Part shown: piece after piece, positions 56,318 to 64,000 of the stretch
Layout: each line of letters begins with the position of its first letter
Numbering within the stretch: the stretch's first letter is position 1
Source of the DNA: Bacteroides fragilis
GTDB lineage: Bacteria > Bacteroidota > Bacteroidia > Bacteroidales > DTGW01
Assembly: GCA_945889005.1 (NCBI GenBank)
Contig: CAMDBI010000011.1
Span: 1,379-65,378 of the forward strand
Reading direction: 5' to 3'
DNA length: 64,000 nucleotides
The notes under the pieces: model-generated
Seen by the model: the letters and a program-made list of their open reading frames with translations, nothing else
What the model was told of the DNA's origin: nothing
The model's database searches: none
Position numbers and translations under genes: made by a program

Positions 56318-59218
56318 ATGAGAATTTGGTTATTACTTTTTTTATTCTTCTATTGTAATATGTCCATTATTTCTCAGTCTGATTCTATAAAATCAAATAG
56401 AAATTATATTATTCACGGATATGTTACCGATAGCGAAACGGGGGAGCATTTGAATGGTGTTGTAATTACTGAGGAAAATACCAATGTGAGCACAATTACC
56501 AATAATTATGGCTTTTATAGTATTAAACTTTCTGAAAGTCAGATCAAATTAAATATTTCATATATTGGATATAGGAATGAAATACAAGAACAAAGTCTTT
56601 TAAAAAATACCGAACTAAATATTCCATTGTTGCCTTTGCCTATTGAAATTAAAGAAGTTATTATAACCGATAAAAATACCCTGAAACAAGTTGAAAGTTC
56701 ACAAATGGGTGTAAACGAGCTGCAAATGAAAAATCTCAAAAGCATTCCGGTACTTGCAGGAGAAAACGATATTATTAAAACAATGCAATTATTACCGGGA
56801 GTTCAGCAAGGGTCTGAAGGTTCTTCTTCGCTTTATATCAGAGGAGGCAGTTCAGACCAAAACCTTATTTTGCTTGATGAGGCTTCGGTTTATAATATCA
56901 ATCATTTATTTGGGTTTATGTCTACATTTAATGATGATGCTATTCAAAGTGCAACAGTTTTAAAAGGTGGGATTCCTGCCCGCTATGGTGGGCGACTTTC
57001 TTCTGTTGTAGATGTTCGTATGAAAGAAGGAAATAATCAGAACGTTGAAAGTCAAGGTTCAATAGGAACAATTGCATCAAGGTTTACTATCTCTGGGCCA
57101 ATTGTAAATAATAAAACATCTTTTATGTTCTCGGCTCGAAGATCTTATTTTGATTTACTTACTCGACCTTTATTAAAACTCATGGAATTGGTAAATGGAG
57201 AACAAGTAAAGTCGTTTTATTATTTTCAAGATTATAATCTTAAAGTCAACCATATATTTTCATCAAACAGCCGTCTGTTTTTTAGCATTTATACTGGAAA
57301 CGACGTAATAAGTGATTATATGAAAACGAATCATAATAATCGGCCTTTTTTAGAAACCTATGAATTTAATTGGGGCAACATTACTGCAACAACTCGTTGG
57401 AACTATAAATTTGGTGACAGATTATTCAGCAATTTCACATTGATTTATAGCCAATATATGAATAATGCTCATTTTAATAATTCATGGACAGATACTTCTC
57501 ATATTAACTATAAAGATTACGGAAATTTTAAATCGGGAATTCGAGATTATTCAGCTAAGTCCGATTTTTATTTTTATATTAATTCAAACCATACGTTTCG
57601 TTTTGGTTCCCAAAGCACTTTACATATATTTTATCCCGGTAATCTATTTGAGGGTTCTTATATTCAGAACTTCAATAATACAAAAACAGATACTTCTATA
57701 AATCTAAAAGCGATTAATCTTGCTGAAAATGAATTGTACCTCGAAGATGAAATGAAAATTGGTAATAAATGGAGAGCCAATTTAGGCCTGAGGTATTGTC
57801 AAGCAACAGTTGAAAACAAAACATATAATTCAATACAGCCTCGTTTAAGTCTTTCTTACTTAATTGCTGAGAATTGGTCAGTCAAAGCTGCATTGTGTAA
57901 TATGAACCAAAATATGAACCTTTTAACTGGCTCATCTTCAAACGGACTTCCAATGGATTTGTGGATTCCAACTACAGGTATTTTAAAGCCTCAAAGTTCT
58001 AAACAGTATTCAGTTGGTTCGGTTTTATTATTCAACAGCAGTATTGAATTTATTACGGAATTATTCTATAAAAACATGCAAAATGTTCTTGATTACCGTG
58101 ATGGCACAAGCTATGTTTTTGCTGATAAAGAATGGCAAAGTAAGATTGTTCAAGGTAATGGCATTGCCTATGGTGCTGAATTTATGGCAGAAAAGAAAAC
58201 AGGCAATACATTTGGTTGGTTTAACTATACTTGGAGCAAAAGTTTGCGACAATTTAATGAAATAGACAATGGTCAGAGGTTTCCTTACCAATATCATCGT
58301 ACACACAATATTAACTTTATGGTAGTTCACCGTTTTTCGGAAAAGTTTGAAATTGGTGCTATTTGGGTATTTTCATCCGGTCGTTTTTTAACAGTGAATA
58401 ACCAGAAATATTCTTCGTATCTTGAACCCAGAAGCAATGTTGAAACATATACTAATCGTAGTAATTTTGAAGCTCCTGCATATCATCGGTTGGATGTAAA
58501 TTTGAGATTTTCGAAACAAAAGAAGTGGGGAGTCAGAACATGGAGTATAGGTTGTTACAACTTGTACAACCGTCAGAATCCCTCAATTGTTTATGTTTCC
58601 GATAATAAAGTGCACCAATTGGCTATTATGCCTATTATACCGTCAGTGTCATATAATTATAAATTTGGAATGAAGCGAGTTTCTTCAATAAAGCCTACGT
58701 TTGATATCCCTGTAGAAAGCACCCCAATTGTTGAAAAAAAAGATACTTTTTTAAAAATCATTGATAATAAAATTCAGATATTAAATACCAATAAAGGAAA
58801 TAGAATAGTAGGTTTAAATTTTAATATCAGTTTATCAAGTACCAGTAAAAGCATTTTGTTCAATTTAACCTCGGCCAAGTTCGTATTAAATAATTTGGCA
58901 ATAGGTTCTTCTTTAGGTTATACTTACAATAAATATTTTGTTAACGATATTGAAAACACTATACAAACAATAAATTATGGCTTTTTGAGTAGATATTACA
59001 TTGGCAAATACAAAATCAAACCATTTGTTCAAATTATACCGGGTTTAAAAATTACTAGTCAGGAAACACTAAGTTTTAATAAATTCTTAAATAATGGGCT
59101 AGGCGTAGCTTGTTTTTTAGCTGATAGAATAGCTCTCGAAGCATTGTTGAGCAACGATTATAATCAGAATGCAATTTCATTCCGAATAGGCTTTCAAATA
59201 TATTTTTCTAAAAAATAA
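56318..59218 (+). CDS. TonB-dependent receptor (CarboxypepD_reg-plug-barrel) with extra ~183-aa C-terminal beta-barrel-like domain
   Basis: 966 aa. A signal peptide is followed by ..YIIHGYVTDSETGEHLNGVVI.., a plug and a barrel ending ..SVSYNYKF at residue ~783. The frame then continues for 183 aa of alternating beta-strand-like sequence ending ..RIGFQIYFSKK. Confidence 0.82.
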   Translation: MRIWLLLFLFFYCNMSIISQSDSIKSNRNYIIHGYVTDSETGEHLNGVVITEENTNVSTITNNYGFYSIKLSESQIKLNISYIGYRNEIQEQSLLKNTELNIPLLPLPIEIKEVIITDKNTLKQVESSQMGVNELQMKNLKSIPVLAGENDIIKTMQLLPGVQQGSEGSSSLYIRGGSSDQNLILLDEASVYNINHLFGFMSTFNDDAIQSATVLKGGIPARYGGRLSSVVDVRMKEGNNQNVESQGSIGTIASRFTISGPIVNNKTSFMFSARRSYFDLLTRPLLKLMELVNGEQVKSFYYFQDYNLKVNHIFSSNSRLFFSIYTGNDVISDYMKTNHNNRPFLETYEFNWGNITATTRWNYKFGDRLFSNFTLIYSQYMNNAHFNNSWTDTSHINYKDYGNFKSGIRDYSAKSDFYFYINSNHTFRFGSQSTLHIFYPGNLFEGSYIQNFNNTKTDTSINLKAINLAENELYLEDEMKIGNKWRANLGLRYCQATVENKTYNSIQPRLSLSYLIAENWSVKAALCNMNQNMNLLTGSSSNGLPMDLWIPTTGILKPQSSKQYSVGSVLLFNSSIEFITELFYKNMQNVLDYRDGTSYVFADKEWQSKIVQGNGIAYGAEFMAEKKTGNTFGWFNYTWSKSLRQFNEIDNGQRFPYQYHRTHNINFMVVHRFSEKFEIGAIWVFSSGRFLTVNNQKYSSYLEPRSNVETYTNRSNFEAPAYHRLDVNLRFSKQKKWGVRTWSIGCYNLYNRQNPSIVYVSDNKVHQLAIMPIIPSVSYNYKFGMKRVSSIKPTFDIPVESTPIVEKKDTFLKIIDNKIQILNTNKGNRIVGLNFNISLSSTSKSILFNLTSAKFVLNNLAIGSSLGYTYNKYFVNDIENTIQTINYGFLSRYYIGKYKIKPFVQIIPGLKITSQETLSFNKFLNNGLGVACFLADRIALEALLSNDYNQNAISFRIGFQIYFSKK

Positions 59219-59225
59219 ATAATAA

Positions 59226-60068
59226 ATGACGAAACACATTCTAAACATAATTTATATTATTTTCTTTCCAGCTTTATATTCTTGCGATAAAGAAATAGAC
59301 ACTAATATTTCAGGTGGGAATGATGAATATGTTGTTAATGCGACCTTATGCTCCGATAGTATTGTAAGTATGGTTGTATACAATACTAGTAATATACTTG
59401 ATAATTCTCAGCCATTATTTGTGAATTCCGTTTCTGCTTTACTTTATGAGGGCAGAAGTATTATAGATACTTTTATTTACAATGGAAGTGGTAGATATTT
59501 GTGTAAAATTAAACCTGTGTCAAATAAACCATATTCATTAAAAATTAAAATTAATGGACATTCTATAACTTCAACAGATACAATTCCAAAAAAGGTTAGA
59601 ATTCAGAGTGTCGATACTTTTTTAGTTGGCAATAAGTTGTTTTGTTCTGTTAATATTACCGACCCAATTAATACCGATAATTATTATTTATTTACAATGA
59701 ATTCTGCTCAAAAATATAGTCCCGAAAAGTTTATTAAGCAGGAGTTTACATGTAATGACCCAATGATAACTAACGCTGATGTGGTTGACAGTCTTGATGG
59801 TGGTAATATTATTTTCTTTCGTGACACTCAATTTAAAGGTAAATCCCATGCATTGTTTATATCTTTACCATATCAAAAAGAAAAAGTTTTAAATTTTCAG
59901 CTTTGGTCTATTAGTCATGCTTTTTATAATTATTGCCATTCAATAGTTATTAATAGACAGTTCAAATCATCATTATTTAATGAGAAAGTAAAAGTCCAAA
60001 GTAATATTATAGGTGGAAAAGGTATATTTGCAGCATACTCAGTAGATACATTGCAAGTTATATTATAG
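59226..60068 (+). CDS. DUF4249-like lipoprotein (usual partner of this receptor class)
   Basis: 280 aa with lipobox ALYSC. It lies immediately downstream of the receptor. The family call rests on context and layout. Confidence 0.65.
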   Translation: MTKHILNIIYIIFFPALYSCDKEIDTNISGGNDEYVVNATLCSDSIVSMVVYNTSNILDNSQPLFVNSVSALLYEGRSIIDTFIYNGSGRYLCKIKPVSNKPYSLKIKINGHSITSTDTIPKKVRIQSVDTFLVGNKLFCSVNITDPINTDNYYLFTMNSAQKYSPEKFIKQEFTCNDPMITNADVVDSLDGGNIIFFRDTQFKGKSHALFISLPYQKEKVLNFQLWSISHAFYNYCHSIVINRQFKSSLFNEKVKVQSNIIGGKGIFAAYSVDTLQVIL

Positions 60069-60159
60069 TATATTAATTTTATGAAATAATATTCAAAAAT
60101 AATAATGATTTTTTTTATTTTTATGCTTTCATAAACCGTTAAACTAAAACTAACTCATT

Positions 60160-60894
60160 ATGTCGAATACCCGCAATTACAATTACAAAGATGTTGAAAT
60201 GCTTGTAACATCGAAAACTATTGCCGAAAATTTCAAAACAAATCTTACAGAATTATCATCAACTCGTTCCGATTGGACCGAACAGTATGCAACCGATTTA
60301 ATTTCACGTATCGACAATGCAATCGACAATTATCTGGGAACCGATGCCAAAAAGGAACTTCGAAATGCTACTGCAAACTTAGGAAGTATTCAAGTCCCTG
60401 CCAAAAGAGACATTTCGTTTTTCAAAACACAAATTGACGATGACTTTAAAAAAGACACTGCCAAGCGTGAAGAAATACTTAAAACCCTTGGTTTTACAAA
60501 GCATTTAAAAGACGTTCAAAAAGGCAAACACGAAGCACTTATACAGCTTCTGTATACCTTCAAAACAAACATGACCGACGATTTGCGTAATTCAATCATT
60601 GCTAATGGTGTAAATGCAACTTTAATAGACAACATTATTGGATATGCCGATGCTTTCAAACAAGCAAGTGTAAAACAAGAAACTCTTAAAGAATCAACCA
60701 AAGAAATTACCAAAGAAGTAGCCGACACCTTTAATGCCATTTACGACGAGATTATCGGACTTTGCAAAAAAGCATCGAACTATTATCAATACGAACCACT
60801 CAAGAAAGAACAATTTACTTTTAGTAAAGTAATAGACAACTTGGGAGCAACTCGTAAGATAGCCGAAAAGGCAGTTGCACAACCAGCAAACTAA
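60160..60894 (+). CDS. hypothetical helical protein
   Basis: 244 aa with no signal peptide and no recognisable motif. It is the last ORF of the island. Confidence 0.5.
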   Translation: MSNTRNYNYKDVEMLVTSKTIAENFKTNLTELSSTRSDWTEQYATDLISRIDNAIDNYLGTDAKKELRNATANLGSIQVPAKRDISFFKTQIDDDFKKDTAKREEILKTLGFTKHLKDVQKGKHEALIQLLYTFKTNMTDDLRNSIIANGVNATLIDNIIGYADAFKQASVKQETLKESTKEITKEVADTFNAIYDEIIGLCKKASNYYQYEPLKKEQFTFSKVIDNLGATRKIAEKAVAQPAN

Positions 60895-60922
60895 TCTCTT
60901 TTGATAGCAATCGAATAATATT

Positions 60923-60957
60923 AGAACTTGTCAGATTCGTCGAATTTGGCAAGTTCT
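60923..60957 (+). terminator. long near-perfect hairpin after the last island ORF
   Basis: AGAACTTGTCAGATTCG-T-CGAATTTGGCAAGTTCT forms about 17 pairs counting G-U. The U-tract is weak (TTTA). Confidence 0.35.
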
Positions 60958-60985
60958 TTATACTACTTGTCAATATATAAATTAA

Positions 60986-61245
60986 ACATAGGACAAGTAT
61001 CAATAAAGATAGGAGTCCAATTGAATAAGATTTATGTCATAAATATAACATAGGAGTTAATTTATAATAGTTAGGACAAACAACGAATTAGATAGGAGTT
61101 AATTTTTATTACATAGGAGATTGTTAATTGTTTGTAGACCTTAATAAATAGAAGATAGATATTAATTCGATAAACATAGGAATAAACTCCTATAACATAG
61201 GACAATTAAAGATTAACATAGGATAGATAAAGAATAACATAGGAC
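60986..61245 (+). repeat. array of 9-bp ACATAGGA(N) boxes phased every ~21 bp
   Basis: ACATAGGA starts at 60986, 61048, 61111, 61174, 61195, 61216 and 61237. Variants (GATAGGAG/GTTAGGAC) start at 61008, 61070 and 61091. One inverted copy (CTCCTAT) lies at 61187-61193. The last four boxes are spaced exactly 21 bp apart. Confidence 0.85.
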
Positions 61246-61260
61246 ACAATAAAAAATAAA

Positions 61261-61420
61261 AAGGGAGAGTGTCACAAGCCCTCGCACGCCGTCCCCTCTG
61301 CTGTGAGGCACATGCCGCTTTTCCCGCAAGGCAAACGCACTTTCCAAAAAGCGGCAAGAGCCTCCAGCCCGTCCCTCGCCACCCACAGTAGCAGCTTTTT
61401 CACTTTTAATCGTCATTAAA
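61261..61420. other. GC-rich structured module at the right end of the island (candidate ncRNA or recombination structure)
   Basis: Stem GCCGCTTTT / AAAAGCGGC (9-10 bp) encloses a 24-nt loop CCCGCAAGGCAAACGCACTTTCCA. Flanking direct repeats of CCGTCCC(C)TC and CCCTCGC are present. The GC content looks far above the surroundings. Confidence 0.5.
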
Positions 61421-61580
61421 ATAAAAAAAACAAAAAATGTAGTACAAATCGCCAGTTGCTAACAGCGGGTAAAGTCAATAGCGGGTTTAGTGGGTTATTC
61501 AGCTCCTCGTCACGCAGGTAGTTTTATCTTGTTGGATAGGATTGTATCTCCGTATTCCGCTACTGACCTTACCCGCAAAC

Positions 61581-62165
61581 GTTGGGAATTATAAAAAAAT
61601 AAAGCGTGTAAAAATGCCTAATTTAAGTACCCGAAAAAAACAATACTACAGCATTTACGATACATTAATAACCCAAGGTTACGGTCAAGTATCGGTTTGG
61701 AGTTTCAAAAAAGGTGAAGGTGTTAAATATTCCTCTGTAACACGCGATGGATATTTGGGATTTGGAGCAGGTGCAGGCACACACCTCAATAATGCTTATC
61801 TTTTAAATACTTTCCCAGTTAAGTCCTATATTGAAAAGCTCGATAGCCGAGAATTCCCAACAGCTCTAAAATTTGCAATGTTGCCCTATATGAATAATTT
61901 GTTTTGGCTTTATTGGAGATTTTACGACACTCGAATACCTGTTTCAGATTTTAATTCGCGATTTGGAAAAGTAGGAAAAATAAAACGACTATTATTCCTG
62001 ATGAGAATTTTGGGTATGCTTACGAAAACCGAAAACGAATATTTACTTACCCGCAAAGGCTCTTTTTGGCTACACTTGGCTCAAAATTACTTTTCACTTC
62101 AGTATATAAACAAAATTTGGTCGGTTTGCCTTACCAACAATTATCCCAAAGAAATAAAATTCTAA
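61581..62165 (+). pseudogene. 3' part of the interrupted HemN-like radical SAM gene (HemN_C-like half)
   Basis: The frame is open from 61542. From Val14 (61581) it reads VGNYKKIKRVKMPNLSTRKKQYYSIYDTLITQGYGQVSVWSFKK..GFGAGAGTHL... This is the region that follows the radical SAM core in HemN/HemW-like proteins. Confidence 0.75.
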
Positions 62166-62273
62166 ATTTTTAGTTTATTTACAGTTCAAAAAAATTATAT
62201 CTTCGAGGTCTAATTAGATTCTCTTATTTCATTAGAAAATTAACGGTCGAATTATAATTTTTAAACAATAGCC

Positions 62274-62993
62274 ATGCTAAGAACTGTATTTTTTTGGGTT
62301 TCGTTTTGGTTAATTCTAATTTTTTCCATTGTTTTTTTTGTGCCATTGTACTTCCTTAAACTGTTTAAGACACAGAAAGAAGTAAAACAATTTGTTTATA
62401 AGTTAAGCAAAAGTTGGGCAAAAACCGTAATACGATTCAATGGCGTAAGTTATACCGCTTACGGCCGAGAAAATATACCTGCGCCCCACTCAAAATTGGT
62501 TGTAGTATCGAACCATCAAGGGAGTTTCGATATAGCCATCTATTTGGCGGACCTGCCCTTCTCTATTGGATATATAGCCAAATACGAATTGAAAAAGTTA
62601 CCAATCATTAGTGTTTGGATGAAAGAACTCGATTGCATTTTTATTAAACGAACAAAACTTAGAGAAACGTCGCAAAGAATTAACGAACATATTCGCAAAA
62701 AAGACAAGAATCCTATATTTATATTCCCAGAAGGCACCCGCAGCAAAAGTTCTCAAATAGGAGCATTCAAACCAGGAACACTCAAACTACTTTTTAACGA
62801 AAGAGCCGATATATTTCCTGTTACGGTAAATGGCAGCTACAAGGTAATGGAGATCAACAACAGAGTAAGAAGTGCGCATGTCGAAGTGTTTTACCACCCT
62901 GTAATTCATTGCGCCGATTACAGGTTGGACGATTTTGAAACGTTTATTAAAGATTTACACCGTATTATTGCTGAGCCATTGGTTTCTAAATAA
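62274..62993 (+). CDS. 1-acyl-sn-glycerol-3-phosphate acyltransferase-like (LPLAT/PlsC family)
   Basis: 239 aa with an N-terminal TM helix, the HX4D motif NHQGSFD and FPEGTRS. Confidence 0.85.
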   Translation: MLRTVFFWVSFWLILIFSIVFFVPLYFLKLFKTQKEVKQFVYKLSKSWAKTVIRFNGVSYTAYGRENIPAPHSKLVVVSNHQGSFDIAIYLADLPFSIGYIAKYELKKLPIISVWMKELDCIFIKRTKLRETSQRINEHIRKKDKNPIFIFPEGTRSKSSQIGAFKPGTLKLLFNERADIFPVTVNGSYKVMEINNRVRSAHVEVFYHPVIHCADYRLDDFETFIKDLHRIIAEPLVSK

Positions 62994-63023
62994 AAAAAAC
63001 ACTAACTTTAATAAAAAAATCTT

Positions 63024-63296
63024 ATGGACGAAGAAAATATTCACCCAATTACGGTTTTTGCAGGTAACATAAACGAAGCATTGATTGTAAAGAGTCTATT
63101 GGAAAATGCCGAAATAGCAGTCTATCTAAAGGATGAATTTCAAGGAACTCTTACCCCATGGGTTGTAACTGCTGGCGGGATGGGCTCGGTCAAGGTTACT
63201 GTGTCGAACAACGACGAAGATGTGGCAAAACAGGTGGTGGCAGAGTATCTGGGTAATAAAAATACCACATTTACAGAATTTCCTCAGGCTGAATAA
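63024..63296 (+). CDS. DUF2007-like small protein
   Basis: 90 aa. The pattern ..ITVFAGNINEALIVKSLLENAEIAVYLKDEF.. resembles the putative signal-transducing DUF2007 fold. Confidence 0.55.
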   Translation: MDEENIHPITVFAGNINEALIVKSLLENAEIAVYLKDEFQGTLTPWVVTAGGMGSVKVTVSNNDEDVAKQVVAEYLGNKNTTFTEFPQAE

Positions 63297-64000
63297 ATTG
63301 AGACATTTGCCGCAACATCTTCTTTCAATATGTTTATAAAAAATTGGTTGCCATTTATTATTGTAAACATAAATCGAGTGCCTTGTTCGTAGTTGTTGGT
63401 AAGCCAAATATTGCCGCCATTGAGCTCAACAAATTCCTTACATAGTTTAAGTCCAAGCCCGGAGCCCTTTTCGTGCATCAAACCCGCCTGAGACGAAAGG
63501 GTCGATTTCTCAAAAATATCATCAAAGTTTTTAAATACTATTCCGGTTCCTGTATCGGTCACACTCACTGTTATAAAATCGACTTTTGAAGAACATTCTA
63601 TTATAATTGACCCTTCATTAGGTGTATATTTAATAGCATTCGAAACCAAATTGCGTACCACACAACTCAACAAATCGTTATCGGCATATACTTCTATCGA
63701 ATTTGGAATGTCGATTTGGAGTTTAATTTCTTTATATTGTATAATGGTCTCGAACATTTTGAGCGACTCGACGATAGATTTATTTAACGAAAACACCGTT
63801 TTCCTGGGGGTTATGCGATTCAATCGAGAGCGCGACCATTGCAACAGGTTGTCCATGAGGTGAAAGGCGTTCTTTGCCGATTCGTCCAATGCCAACAACG
63901 ATTTTTGAATCTTTTCGGGTTTCATGGTTTGGAAGTTCTTCGAAAGCACTTCGGCAAGGTTCTGAAACCAATACAAAGGGTTTCTTAGTTCGTGGGCAAT
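63284..64000 (-). CDS. sensor histidine kinase, C-terminal part (5' end beyond the window)
   Basis: H-box IAHELRNPL sits at the window edge. The HATPase_c motifs ..NLVSNAIKYTP.., ..DTGTGI.. and ..GSGLGLKLCKEF.. are present. Confidence 0.8.
   Translation of the reverse strand: MAHELRNPLYWFQNLAEVLSKNFQTMKPEKIQKSLLALDESAKNAFHLMDNLLQWSRSRLNRITPRKTVFSLNKSIVESLKMFETIIQYKEIKLQIDIPNSIEVYADNDLLSCVVRNLVSNAIKYTPNEGSIIIECSSKVDFITVSVTDTGTGIVFKNFDDIFEKSTLSSQAGLMHEKGSGLGLKLCKEFVELNGGNIWLTNNYEQGTRFMFTIINGNQFFINILKEDVAANVSIYSA

Larger units (their letters stand above)
49965..61580. mobile_element. ~11.6-kb genomic island inserted in the HemN-like gene; carries a RiPP cassette; no recombinase gene seen
   Basis: The flanking half-genes join in frame (..FPYTKV|GNYKK..). 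Both junctions contain AA(A/C)GTT. The interior looks more AT-rich and functionally unrelated, and GC-rich hairpin modules sit at both ends. The exact ends are unresolved. Confidence 0.6.

Noticed and set aside
60986-61245. Possible CRISPR array, because of regularly spaced repeats
   Set aside because: The repeat unit is only 9 bp with 12-bp spacers, far below CRISPR dimensions. The copies are degenerate and no cas genes are present.
61213-61416. 67-aa minus-strand ORF in the right GC-rich module
   Set aside because: It is Gly/Arg-rich, has no start context or recognisable motif, and coincides with the hairpin and direct repeats. A non-coding structure is more likely.
1-64000. Scan for tRNA, rRNA, tmRNA or RNase P-like GC-rich segments
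   Set aside because: The only GC-rich non-coding patches (7094-7267, 49974-50105, 61261-61420) lack T-loop GGTTCGAATCC-type or other diagnostic motifs. No RNA gene could be supported by eye.

Overview
This is a low-GC chromosome segment that looks like Bacteroidota. Supporting signs are a T9SS type-B C-terminal-domain protein, a TonB-dependent receptor/DUF4249 pair, DUF3108/DUF2851/DUF4290-like genes, TAnnTTTG-type promoter boxes and almost no Shine-Dalgarno sites. Most of the window is housekeeping: pyrC, pyrF, lon, coaD, pssA, murA, surE, L31 type B, a UvrD-like helicase, a glutaminyl cyclase, a K+ channel and others. Three accessory blocks stand out. (1) 13.8-27.7 kb holds a tightly packed 12-gene minus-strand block. 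It joins an orphan CheR, a degenerate CheR paralogue and a receiver-less CheB to three GAF sensor paralogues, one of them MCP-shaped but without a methyl-accepting domain. These are followed by a PP2C phosphatase, SiaB-like and SiaC-like partner-switch proteins and a 1023-aa ABCG-type transporter. No CheA/CheW/CheY and no diguanylate cyclase are present. (2) 43.9-44.7 kb holds a HEPN/MNT toxin-antitoxin pair. (3) A ~11.6-kb island that looks more AT-rich (~49.96-61.58 kb) cleanly splits a HemN-like radical SAM gene. It carries a RiPP cassette: a standalone LytTR regulator, a 70-aa precursor with 13 Cys in CXXX register, an ABC exporter, a mini-subtilisin, a 721-aa radical SAM enzyme with two SPASM-like regions, and a small partner protein. 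The island also carries a TonB-dependent receptor with a fused extra barrel plus DUF4249, an array of 9-bp ACATAGGA boxes phased every 21 bp, and GC-rich hairpin modules at both ends. No recombinase gene is visible in it. The RiPP island and the CheR/CheB-partner-switch-ABC block are the best candidates for undescribed biology. I saw no rRNA, tRNA or CRISPR array. All family calls come from motif reading and memory; no searches were run.
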